From the NCBI RefSeq assembly GCF_964213995.1, contig NC_135812.1, positions 28,272,001 through 28,336,000 of the forward strand: a stretch of 64,000 bases of DNA. Direction: 5' to 3'. The stretch comes from Mustelus asterias (Eukaryota). Below, one piece after another: positions 52,465 to 64,000 of this stretch. How positions within the stretch are numbered: the first letter of the stretch is position 1; the number at the start of each line of letters is the position of its first letter. The notes under the pieces are model-generated. The model saw only the letters and a list, made by a program, of their open reading frames with translations, had not been told where the DNA came from and searched no databases. Position numbers and translations under genes: made by a program.

Positions 52465-53383
52465 GTAGGTGGCCTTCTACTGATCATTTTAAGTGATGCT
52501 CTGTTTGTTAATTCAATTGAGCAAAGTAGTTTTCCCATTGGAAAAGTCAAACGTGGGGAATTAGAAAAATTGAAATATTGAAATTCTTCTGCACTTTCCT
52601 GTTGGCTCAGTAAGTAAATGTACTCGTATCGTGATAGTAGAGCTAGCTAGACCATAGACATTACAATTGGTGTCAATCAGATTAGGATACTGCAAAGTGA
52701 TTCATTGTCAGAGGTTCAAATGAGATGGTCCAACTATCTATTTGTCACTGACGCCATTTGAAGAAATGCACAGAATTCTCTAACATCTTGGTCATCATTT
52801 CTGGGTCAGCTACCGCCAGTAATAACTAGTTCGTTGGTCATTCATCTCATTTCTATTTGTGAGATCTTGCTGTGGACGAATTGTTTAGGGGAGTACATTG
52901 CAACTGTGATTATTTGGATGTGAAGTGCTTTGGAATATCCAGAAGATGTAATAACACATGTTCCTTTTTCTTCTCTAAAGGGGGAAATTGAGAAAGCTCT
53001 TTCATTTAAGTAACACTTTATCACATCTTAAAGATGTGCAAAAGTATCTTGCAGCCAATGGATGTCCTTTGGATTGCAGTTACTGTTGATAATTGTGGCA
53101 TTCAACTTTCGCACAGCAAGTGAATGAATGGCCAGATAATTTTCCCTGGTGGTTTTACTCCAGGTTAAAAACCAGGACACTGGGAGAACTTTCGATGCCT
53201 TTCAATAATGCCATGTTATCCTTTACATCATCTGAGTTGGAAGGTGGACCTGCATAACTCCTTCATTACAACATTGACATTACCAACTGAGACAAACTTG
53301 CATGTATAAATCTGTTGCAATAACTTCCTTTTGTATTCTTGATATTGTTCATTTTTAATATTTTTGGTTTGGATATTTTGCAG

Positions 53384-53457
53384 GTTGTTTGACTGGCTGG
53401 TAAAAGTTATAAATGGCTCCATATGTTCAGATTCTTTCAGGTGGACGAATTTTATAG
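53384..53457 (+). CDS. MYO19: MYO19 exon (LFDWLVKVINGSIC...WTNFIG)
   Basis: ttgcag| and |gtattt; LFDWLV motif. Confidence 0.96.
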
Positions 53458-53999
53458 GTATTTATGATAGCTTTACAAAATTGAAATCCTGGAGTAGTCC
53501 TTTCTGTGACTTAATTTTACTGTGAAGTGTTAAGACAACAGAACAATGTGCTATTCCAGATAAACTCCCAATCATACAGGTGACCTCGCAGGAGAATGAA
53601 AGGGGAGATCTCTTTCGCAGAGAAAAATATTACGCAAAGTTCGTACTGGTTTTAGAAAAGTATCATTTGTTTGAAATCTACTTCATTGAGAATACATTTT
53701 ATTTTTCTTCCTTGTGAGTCTGAGCTCTGGGTCAAGTATCCATTCATTTTATTCGGACAAGTGCTTTATTATCCTCCGATCACTCAAGTTGCCTCTTGCT
53801 GTCTCCTGGGATTTTTTTTACAGAACATTTGCATTACTTAGGAACTTGGAATTGGGAGCAGAAGTAGGCAAATTCAGCTATTCAAGCCTGCTCCGCCATT
53901 CAATCAGATCATGGCTGATCTCTCCCTGGTCTCAAATCCACCTCCCCACTTGTTCCCTATATCCCCTTATCCCTTTTTTATTAGAAATAGATCTATCTA

Positions 54000-55025
54000 G
54001 TAATATACCGTGGATGCTGGAATCTAAAATAAAAACAGAAAATGCTGGAGAATCTCAGCAGGTCTGACAGCATTTGTGAAGTGAGAATAGAACCAACGTT
54101 TCGAGTCTGTGTGACCCTTCATCAGGGCTAAGAGCGAAGAAAATCAAAGGATTTATGCTGTGAGAGTGGGAGGGGCTGTAATGGGACAAAGGAAATGTAA
54201 ATGAGGATGAAGAAGGCTGGGAGAGGTGCTAAAAGTGGCCATGAAGTGATCAGAATGTGTAAATGGCACAACAGAGCTACAGATGGTTAACAGGCCTAAT
54301 GGTATTATCATTAGACTATTAATCCAGAAACTCAGCTAATGTTCTGGAGACCCGGGTTCAAATCCCACCATGGCAGCTGGTAGAATTTGAATTCAATTTT
54401 AAAAATCTGGAATTAAGAATCTACTGATGACCATGAAGCCATTGTCGATTGTTGGAAAAACCCATCTAGTTCACTCATGTCCTTTAGGGAAGGAAATCTG
54501 CCGTCTTTACCTGGTCTGGCCTACATGTGACTGCAGAGCCACAGCAAAGTGGTTTAGTCTCAACTGCCCTCCAAGGGCAACTGGGAACAGGCAATAAATG
54601 CTGGCCTCGCCCCATGTCCCATGATGTAATAAAAAGAAAGGCAGTTGCCCTGAAAAGGAGGGGGGGGGGGAAAGCAGGAATGGAGAATTGGAAAAATGGA
54701 AGTGAGAAAGAAGGATGATAAAAATGGATGAATGAGATGAAAGGAAGAAACAGAATGAAATAAAATAAATGGAAGGGGGGGAGGTGGTGCAGGTGGAGGG
54801 GAGGGTTCATGTTCTGAAATTATTGAACTCAGTGTTCAGTCCACAAGGCTGTAAAGTGCCCAATCGGAAGATGAGGTGCTGTTCCTCCAGTTTGCGTTGG
54901 GGTTCGCTTGAACATTGCAAAAGGCCAAGGACGGTCATGTGACAGGAGAGCAGGGTGGTGTGTTGAAGTAGCAAGCGACAGGAAGATCTGGATCCTGCTT
55001 GCGGATGGACCGAATGTGTTCGATA
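54000..55025 (-). mobile_element. Penelope-like 3' fragment (second family) with nested SINE at ~54293-54630
   Basis: Minus-strand QRKLEEQHLIFRLGTLQPCGLNTEFNNF endonuclease tail; CTGATGA-AGGGTCACACAGACTC-GAAACGTT core at ~54095-54125. Confidence 0.75.
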
Positions 55026-55315
55026 AGTTGGTTACTGGCATTACCTGTGGAAAATGGTGATTGGTATTTTGCTGTTTCATCTTGGTATCTCTTGCCTTAC
55101 ATTTTACCAATAAATTAAGAATGGAATCAAGCATTTCCCAAGGGACAAGTGGTTGTAGAACTTTAAAAAAGAGTTAAGTTGAATGTTTATCATTGTGAAA
55201 TGGGCCATCTAACCTGCACTTTTCATTTTTGAAAAGATGTCAGTTCAGCACGGCTGTAAATGAGTATGCATTTGAGATAAAAACAATGATGTTCAACGCT
55301 TGCTTGTTTCTTCAG

Positions 55316-55437
55316 GTCTGTTGGATGTATATGGATTTGAGTCATTTCCACAAAATAATCTGGAACAGCTCTGTATTAACTATGCAAATGAAAAGCTCCA
55401 GCAGCACTTTGTGGCACATTATCTCAAAGCACAGCAG
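55316..55437 (+). CDS. MYO19: MYO19 exon, switch II/relay ([10 protein letters not shown]...[17 protein letters not shown])
   Basis: ttcag| and |gtactg; DVYGFE motif. Confidence 0.97.
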
Positions 55438-56057
55438 GTACTGCAGCTCGATAACGTGGTATATCTTTAACACGGCATAACGTCGACACTTCACCTGGAA
55501 TTGTTGCATTATATTGTGGGTGCCTGCAAGTAATAAAACACCTACAATTAACGACTGTGAGTTAGCAAAGTTTGTTGGGATTCAATTGGAGATGTGAAAT
55601 TTGAAACTATGGCAGTATTAAAATCAGATGTAGGAGTTCCAGTTATTTCAGGCATGGAATAATGTGTAAAGTTCAGTGGTAATTTGATGTGTGCTTCAAT
55701 CCCTGTATTTGTATACCCTTCTTCCTAATCTCCCTTATACTCAACATAAAGACTTATGCTATGGCACCTTTCTGATATATAAGTTTTAAAATGAATGTTC
55801 AGTTGCCTATTAGGTGAAATTGTTTATTACTAAGCCCAGTAACTTTTGATTGAATCTGTTCAGGTAACTTTTGTGCAGTGAAACCCTAATACAAATAGAT
55901 GTAATTCCATTAAACCCATAGATTAGAAGAGCAGGGAAGCAATGAGAGGCTGCTAATAACATTTACAGTCTATTTTCACAAATGGCTCAGATCACTGGAA
56001 AATTTGCTTTTTTTAATATGTTTGAAGTTTATTCACTCCTGCTGTCCTATTCTTTAG

Positions 56058-56171
56058 GAGGAATACACCACGGAGGGTCTGGAATGGTCCTTTGTTAGTT
56101 ACCAGGATAACCAGAGCTGTTTAGATCTGATCGAGGGAAATCCCATCTGCATCTTTTCCCTTTTAAATGAG
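56058..56171 (+). CDS. MYO19: MYO19 exon (EEYTTEGLEWSFVSYQDNQSCLDLIEG...LLNE)
   Basis: tttag| and |gttggt. Confidence 0.97.
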
Positions 56172-56275
56172 GTTGGTTGTTTTTTTAAGTCTTTAACTTG
56201 TCTTTTGTAAGCATGCGCTGAGTAGAAAGCACAGATTGAAAGGTCACAAGTTGTTACTTGTTACATCCTTGTTGA

Positions 56276-57878
56276 TTAGAGCCATAGAGGTTTACAGCAT
56301 GGAAACAGGCCCTTCGGCCCAACTTGTCCATGCCGCCTTTATTTTTTTTAAAAACCCCTAAGCTAATCCCAATTGCCCGCATTTGGCCCATATCCCTCTG
56401 TACCCATCGTACCCATGTAACTATCTAAATGCTTTTTAAAAGATAAAATTGTAACCGCCTCTACTACTACCTCTGGCAGCTTGTTCCAGACACTCACCGC
56501 CCTCTGTGTGAAAAAATTGCCCCTCTGTTCACTTTTGTATCTCTCCCCTCTCACCTTAAACCTATGCCCTCTAGTTTTAGACTCCCCTACCTTTGGGAAA
56601 AGATATTGACTATCTACCTTGTCTATGCCCCTCATTATTTTACAGACCTCTGTAAGACACCCCTCAGCCTCCTACGCTCCAGAGAAAAATGTCCCAGTCT
56701 ATTCAGCCTCTCCTTATAACTCAATTCATCAAGTGCCGGTAGCATCCTCGTAAATATTTTCTGCACTCTTTCTAGTTTAATAATATCCTTTCTATAATAG
56801 GGTGACCAGAATTGCACACAGTATTCCAAGTGTGGCCTTACCAATGTCTTGTACAACTTCAACAAGACGTCCCATCGCCTGTATTCAATGTTCTGACCGA
56901 TGAAACCAAGCATGCCGAATGCCTTCTTCACCACTCTGTCCACCTGTGACTCCACTTTCAAGGAGCTATGAACATGTACCCCTAGATCTCTTTGTTCTGT
57001 AACTCTCCCCAACGTCCTACCATTAACTGAGTAAGTCCTGCCCTGGTTCAATCTACCAAAATGCATTACCTCGCATTTGTCTAAATTAAACTCCATCTGC
57101 CATTCGTCAGCCCACTGGCCCAATTGATAAAGATCCCGTTGCAATTGGAGATAACCTTCCTCACTGTCCATCATGCCACCAATCTTGGTGTCATCAATTC
57201 ACTAATCATTTTGCAAACTTACTAACCATGCCCCCTATATTCTCATCCAAATCATTAATATAAATGACATATAACAGTGGGCCCAGCACTGATCCCCAAG
57301 GCATACCGCTGGTCACAGACCTCCAGTTTGAAAAACAACTCTCTACAACCACCCACTGGCTTCTGTCAAGAAGCCAATTTTGTATCCATTTAGATACCTC
57401 ACCCTGGATCCCGTGAGATTTAACTTTATGCAACAACCTACCATGCGGTACCTTGTCAAAGGCCTTGCTAAAGTCCATGTAGACAACATCAACTGCACTG
57501 CCCTCATCTACCTTCTTGGTTACCCCTTCAAAAAACTCAATTAAATTTGTGACACATGATTTTCCACTCACAAAGCCATGCTGACTGTCCCTAATCAGTC
57601 CTTGCATCGCTAAATGCTTGTAGATCCTGTCTCTCAAAATACCTTCCAACAATTTACCCACCACAGATGTGAGGCTCTCTGGCCTGTAGTTCCCAGGCTT
57701 TTCCCTGCAGCCCTTTTTAAACAAAGGCACAACATTTGCCACTCTCCAATCTTCAGGCACCTCCCCCGTGACTATCGATGATTCAAATATCTCGGCTAGG
57801 GGACCTGCAATTTCCTCCCTAGCCTCCCACAACGTCCTGGGATATACCTCATCAGGTCCCACAGATTTATCTACCTTG
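56276..57878 (-). mobile_element. CR1 LINE 3' part (RT) in a MYO19 intron
   Basis: ORFs 57206-57862, 56635-57174 and 56363-56635 carry CR1 RT motifs (YMDFSKAFDKVPH, GSVLGP, KFA/DDTK). Confidence 0.95.
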
Positions 57879-59839
57879 TATTGTCCCCATTAGGAGATTT
57901 ATTGTTAAAATAAAAATGGATTTACTTTTTGCCATTAGTGAGGGAAGGGAGTGCAGAAGATTCAATGAACCAATTACCTTTTATTGTATAGGATATCTCC
58001 AAAGCCTTTGACAGGGTGTGGCCCTGTGTAATGCTGAAATCAAAACTTACCAGAGCCTTCTCATTTTTCTTTCCCAAAACTTTGGAATATCTTACCTGCT
58101 TCAATCTTTCAATTTGCCTACAGTCTTCACACGTTTATAATACAGTAGTGTGCCAAATTTGGCTGTCGAAAAACTGGAGGTGTCTGAAAAATTGACATTT
58201 TTAGAATGTGCCATGCATCAGTTTTAAGTAAGTTTAAAAAATAAAATTGCCTGCACAATTTGGCCAGACAGTACATTAGTGGACTGTGGTGCCTGACTAG
58301 TTATCCCCTTTGCTGCTTGCACGTCGGCCTATTCCCGCACTTTGAGTGACCCTTAACCCCACGCGATCTGGCTTAACTCATACTGCCTGACTAGAAATGC
58401 GGCAAGACCTGAAGCTTGCTGGTTTTGAGACACTGTACCGGTACAAACTTCGTGCTGCCCAATAGGTATCTTGTATTTTGCATCCTTTTTTTTACATTTG
58501 AACTTTGGTGTCCTATTTAGTGCCTATTTAGCTCTGATAGCTCTCTCACCTAAGTTGGACGGTTAAACGTTCCAGTCTCACCCCAGGATTTGAGTGCATT
58601 ATGTAGGCTGACACACTTCAATACACAACTGAAACAGTGCTGCATTGTCAAAGATAGAATATTAAATTGATCTTCTACCTACCTATTCAGGTGCATCTAA
58701 AAGGTTCGCTGGAAATCCTCTAGAAACAGCATCATAACTAACATTTCTTTGTCAAATTAATTGCTAGAAAGGTCCAACTGGTCTATTCCAATGTTCATGC
58801 CCCATGTAGGCCTACTTCATCTAACCCTGTCTGCATAGCCTTCACTCTCGTAAACTTATCTAGCTGCCTTTTAAAGACATCTATGCCATTCATCTCACCT
58901 ATTCTATTTAGTAGCAAGTTCCACACTCCATATTTATCCATCAAAACACACCATTTAAACTATTCACTAATCATTTGTGAGTTCAGTGTGTGTAAACTGG
59001 CTGGCCTTTGCCTAACACTGTAAAATGTTATCTGTTAGTTACCAAACCCTTTGGGTGTCATGAGGATATGAAAGGGATTTTATAAGTGGAAGTTTGTGTT
59101 CATTTATTTGTTGTTTCCTGTTGTTTATTCTTTTTCATTCTTTCTTTCTGCATTCATTTATTGGTTTCCCACAAGGCGAAGTTTGTACATTTTATTTGAA
59201 ATTGGGAATGAGGTGCGTCAACCTGCATAAGTTATCAGTGCAATTGATAAAGTAAATTGAGGTGTTGTATTACTGGTTTGTTTTTTTTATCAGCCTTTCA
59301 GATAAATATTTACTCCCACAGCCTGGCTATGGTGAATGAGCAGAACTAGCATTTAGTTATCTTTGTCAACTATTGTCAGGTAAAATTTCTTACTTGAACA
59401 GAAAATGTCATCTTAAAAATTTAGCTCCACCAATTTCACTAACTGGTGTATGCCAGTGTCCAGATTCCCCACAAGCCTCCTCCCATCGTCCTTTGTCTAA
59501 GACTACCAATATAATCTGGTGTTCCTTTATCCCTCATGCGCTAATCTGTTCTTTTCTCCCTCATGCGCTTATCTGGCTTCCAATTAAACACATTAAATCT
59601 ATTTGCCTCAAACACTCTTTGTGGTAACCTGATCCATATCATTGCCAGCATGTGTTGTTTTAAAACGTTTCTCCAATTTTTTTTGTTGCATTGATTAGTG
59701 ACTATATATTTATAAAATTTAATTTTGGAAAGCCCACCCCATCTTTTACATCTACTATATTAAACTGTTTCAGTCTCCTAAAGACCTTTATCAGGTCAAG
59801 TATCAGGAAGGCTGAAGCCATTATTTCCATTCTCCACTC

Positions 59840-60515
59840 CCTAGCTACCAACTCAATCCTTCTCCCTAGCAACCATCTGTGATGAAACCAGTCTGTTCAC
59901 AACTTTGGTGTTAAATTTGGGATGAGCTACCAAGCACACGTCTGTGCTGTAACAAATAATGCCTATTTTGACATCTGTAACTTTGCACCTGCTGAAACAT
60001 TAATTCATGTCTTTGTTATCTCTGTACTTGATCATTCCAACACATGCCTGGCTGGTTTCCCACGTTCCATCCTCCAGAAACTTGGGATTATCCAAATCTC
60101 TGCACCAAGTCCCATTGATCTACCACTCCTGTGCTCACTCCTGTAGCTTCCAGCTTTTAAAATTCTCATCCTTATTTTCAAATCCCTCTGTGGCCTCCTA
60201 TGTCTGTAATCTCCTTCAGCCCACAACCCCCTTAAATGTTTGCATTCATCCAGTTCAGGTCTCTTGAGCATCTCTGATTTTAATCCTTCTCACACTGGTA
60301 ACTATGCCTTCAGTGGTCTAGGCCCTAAGCCATGGAATTCCTTCCCTATGCCTCTCTACATTCCTTTCTTCATTTTTTAACACTCTGTAATATCTACCTC
60401 CTTGGCCAAGCTAACCAATATCTCTTTATGTGGCTTGGTGTAGCGTTATGTTTTATAATACTCCTGTGAAGTGGCTTGGGATGTTTCATTATGTCACGCT
60501 GCTATATAAATACAG
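59840..60515 (+). mobile_element. L2 LINE 3' fragment
   Basis: AETLIHVFVISVLDHSNTCLAG, FKILIL remnants and GCTATATAAATACAG-type tail; similar L2 remnants at ~130-500, 11410-11640, 13680-14200 and 35620-36520. Confidence 0.75.
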
Positions 60516-61406
60516 TTGTTGTTTTGTCATCATTACTGTCAGCCATTTCTTTTTCAGAGAAAGGAGGTTCTGCCTCTCTTGAGTGTATTATTTCAAATCT
60601 GGTATCATGCTTGTGACTCATTTCTGCACCTTTTCCAGTTCAGTATCCTTTTTATAATATGGAGGTCAGAACTGCTTAAAAATCTCTCAAATTCCTTTTA
60701 TCTCCATTGAATGGCACCTCACACCAAGTGTGAGATGGCTGCTACACCAAAGGTCCCAATGTTGATCATAGAATTTGAATTGAGGATCAGCCTTCACCAT
60801 TCTTATTTGGAACGTGAATTTGAATTTGAACTAACCAATAGTAGGTGATTTTCTTTGTAGAATTTCATTTGAATCATTAGATCGTTTGAATTAAGCAATT
60901 TAGAATTAAGAATAGGCAACTGTATTCCAGCACCTCATTTTTCCTTGGTGCATTTTGACACACTTATCTAGGTGATGCTCGTTAATTATTTAAAATTGTG
61001 ATTTTTGTGAAGTAAAACACATTTTCACACACAATTCTTTCAAAAGTGAAATGGATTTTTACCCAATTTTGAATTTTTAAAAAGTTTGGTTTGGTTTGAT
61101 TTATTATTGTCACATGTATTAGCAAACAGTGAAAAGTATTGTTTCTTGCGCGCTATACAGACAAAACATACCGTTCATCGGGAAACAAGAAAGTGCAGAA
61201 TGTAGTGTAATAGTCATAGCTAGGGTGTAGAGAAAGATCAACTTAATGCAAGGTAAGTCCATTCAAAAGTTATTCTAGTTCCTACGAATGTGGATGTTGT
61301 GAAGCTTTATTTGTTTAATAAATTGTAGAGATGAATTGGGTATATATAGTTAGTAAATGTTCCCCAACTCTTCTTTTGAATTTATTTATGATCTCTTTTC
61401 CTGTAG

Positions 61407-61583
61407 GAGAGTCGCCTCAACCGACTTTCAGATGCAAACGAATTTAAAACTCGTCTTCAGGCAGCTTTGACAAGTAATCACTGTCTGAGCTGGAATGTGT
61501 TTAGCAGGGTTCCCAATTTCATAGTGGCACATTACGCCGGCAAGGTTAACTACCAGATTGAGGGAATGATGGAAAAGAACAAG
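61407..61583 (+). CDS. MYO19: MYO19 exon (ESRLNR...FIVAHYAGKVNY...EKNK); last exon in window
   Basis: ctgtag| and |gtaagg; HYAG-V-Y and EKNK motifs. All 15 exons splice into one open frame of 574 codons. Confidence 0.96.
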
Positions 61584-62442
61584 GTAAGGAAAATTGAATA
61601 TCCCTGAGACAGTCACTGCAAACTATGTTAACGAGGTATGATCCCATTTACGGTATAGCAGTTCCTCATTATTGCACTGAAGTGTCAGCCTGGAAAATGT
61701 ATTCAAAGTCCCTCCTTGGGCCTTGAACCCATAGCTTTCTCACTTAAAGTAGTGCTTGGTGTATGTTCAATGTACATCTTGTCATGGCTATTTTCATTTT
61801 TTTGTTTTTGTTTTGTACATCCCCTAAAACAGAATTACACTGAGTTTTAAAACAAATGCAACAACACAAAGATTTGTGTAGTGTGATGGGAGTCAGGTAT
61901 GATTTCCCCCGCTACATTGTGTTTTTCATCTTGGTCAGTTCTATAGGGAAGCGATGAGCAAAGGTTAGAGATTTCCCCATTGTGGGGAGAAAATAGACTT
62001 GTCTCCATCAGTATCCTTGAATCTGACCTGTATATGGTAAATGTGTAGTTTGAAGGGCAGGAGAGAGTAATGCACTTTTATTTGTATTCAGCAAATAATT
62101 TTGATTTATTATATTCAGTAGAAGATGGCATCAAATAATGTTCTTTCTTAAAGATATACCATGTCCAAAAATAAGCTACTGTAGTATTTTTGGTAACTTG
62201 AAAGGTTATTTGGTGTAATGGTGCTGGTAAGCCAGTAACTTATTCTCATGTACCTTTAATAGTTCTTTAAAGAAATTCTGATTTAACGTGCATTTCTTAT
62301 TGTTCCCTCATTGATTAAAGAATTCAGTAAAAATATTTATGAGTTGCTTTTTTGTATCACCCTGTTATGCTTAGTAAAGCCACCTACTGGACATGCCTAG
62401 ATAACACACCTCTGTAGGAATTACAATGTCTCAGAAAGACAA

Positions 62443-63734
62443 AGGCCCTGATTTTACCATTTTCATTCTAAGTGCTGAATCTGGGCGTAATGCAGATCCG
62501 ACTTAGAAATCTGCTTTCAGGCGCCCCCATACGCTCTCAGCCACCTCCAGTCCCATTCGCGCTGTGGGCAGGGCTTAGCGCGGCCAAAACGATCAGAGCT
62601 CTGAACTGCGCATGCGCAGTTAGAAATAAATTTGAAAAAGTGCGCCCGTATCCATCCCCCCCCCCCACTACCCACACACATCACTGACCCCCTTATCCAC
62701 CCCCCCCACTACCCAGACCGATCGCCACCACTGCCCCCTTCCCTCCCCACCGATCGTCCGCAGAGTGGCAGCAGACCCCCCGCCCCCCCACCAGAGATCC
62801 ATCTCCCCCCCCCCCCCCACGCAGAGTGGCAGCGGACCCCCCGCCCCCCACCAGCGATCCATCTGCCCCCCCCACTAGAGATCCAAGTGCCCCCCCACCA
62901 GAGATCCATCTGCCCCCCCCCACCATAGATCCATCTACCCCCCCCCCCCCACCCAACCAGAGATCCATCTGCCCCCCCACCAGTGAGCGATCAGGCCTCC
63001 CCCACCCCGAGATACATTTTACCCGCCTCCCCCCCCCACCCCCCCCCCCCCCACCCCCCCCCCCCCCCCCCCCCCCCCCCCACCTCCCCGCCCTCCCAAG
63101 ACAAGGATCTGGCCTCATCATCCCCCCCCCCAGAGAATAGTCTGGCCTCACTCCCCCTCCAGAGGAACATCTGACCCGCATCCTCCCTCCCCACCAGACA
63201 ACGATCAGCCCTCCCCACCACCACCAGACAACGATCTCCCTCTCGCCCCCCCCCTCCTCCGCCAGAGATACATCTGACCCGCCGCCGCCTCCTCCCCACC
63301 CCCCCCAATCAGACAACGATCTGACCTCACTCCCCTCCTCCCCCCCCCCCCCCCCCCCAACCAGAGAATGATCCGACCCGCCTCCCTCCTCCCCCTCCAC
63401 CACTGATCTGAGCCAGAGAGCCGTTGGAAGCTCTGAACGCGCTCTTCAGAAGCTGGAGCGCCCGATTCAGACTTTTATTTAGCAGGTCCATTACGGCGCG
63501 GTTCCGGATTGGCGAACGCGGTGGTAAAGGGGCAAATGCTGATAAAGTTGGGCGGGCAGTTCATTAATTCAATTTATATGCATGCAAATGCATTTAAATC
63601 GTTGTTGTGCCCGTTTTGGGCGTGAAGCGGATCGCCGCCATTCCCGGGTTTCGGTAAAGTGGCAATCTGCGCGGGTGCGGATCGCGTTAATGGCCTCTCA
63701 CCTGACTTTACCACGTTTGGTAAAATAGGGCCCA
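62443..63734. mobile_element. Non-autonomous DNA transposon (MITE, PIF/Harbinger-like) with C-rich minisatellite interior
   Basis: Imperfect TIRs GGCCCTGATTTTACCA / TGGTAAAATAGGGCC; CpG-rich; internal repeats CCAGAGATCCATCTGCCCC and poly-C at 62650-63400. Confidence 0.7.
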
Positions 63735-64000
63735 ATGAGACCCATTTCAGTCAACACCCAGATCCTGGAACCATCTAGAACTGAATTCCTGGTTTGAATG
63801 GGTCTTTTCAGAAACAAAAAAAATAATGGTCTCAAAACCATAGGGGGCTAGAAACAATAACCCAGGATTAGGTTCATTAAAGTAATGCCAATACCATAAT
63901 TTGAAGGGAGTTGCAAGCAGCCACATGGTGAGACAGCCATATTTTTAGGCTGCCACCTTTCGTTCAAACAGGCAGCCTGTAGAAAATACCATAGGAGACA

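Noticed and set aside
62632-63403. Pro-rich and Gly-rich ORFs up to 236 aa
   Set aside because: Translation of C-rich low-complexity sequence inside a MITE; homopolymer lengths may also be unreliable.

Overview
Vertebrate genomic DNA, most likely from a shark or other elasmobranch (inferred from the repeat complement: HE1-type V-SINEs, CR1/L2, Rex/Babar tails, Penelope elements). The window holds the conserved GGNBP2-PIGW-MYO19 block: the first coding exon and CpG-island promoter of GGNBP2 (- strand, ~3.8-4.7 kb), single-exon PIGW (- strand, 27.1-28.6 kb), a bidirectional CpG-island promoter (~29.4-29.9 kb), and 15 coding exons of the MYO19 motor domain (+ strand, 29.8-61.6 kb; the gene continues past the window). 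The rest is mostly transposon-derived. Main observations: (1) an RPL9 retrocopy, nested in a solo LTR inside a LINE, whose 3' UTR is a second, synonymously diverged, phase-compatible copy of the last coding segment, suggesting the parent RPL9 has a duplicated terminal exon and an alternative C-terminus; (2) two copies of a ~320-bp retroposon headed by the 5' end of U2 snRNA, with an internal second U2 fragment fused to an octamer motif; (3) Penelope insertions with hammerhead cores, 13-14-bp TSDs and fold-back structure; (4) tandem NRF1-site arrays at both promoters; (5) an RFX-CRE-RFX module; (6) two locally templated insertions. Family assignments are from recognition only; no database searches were run.
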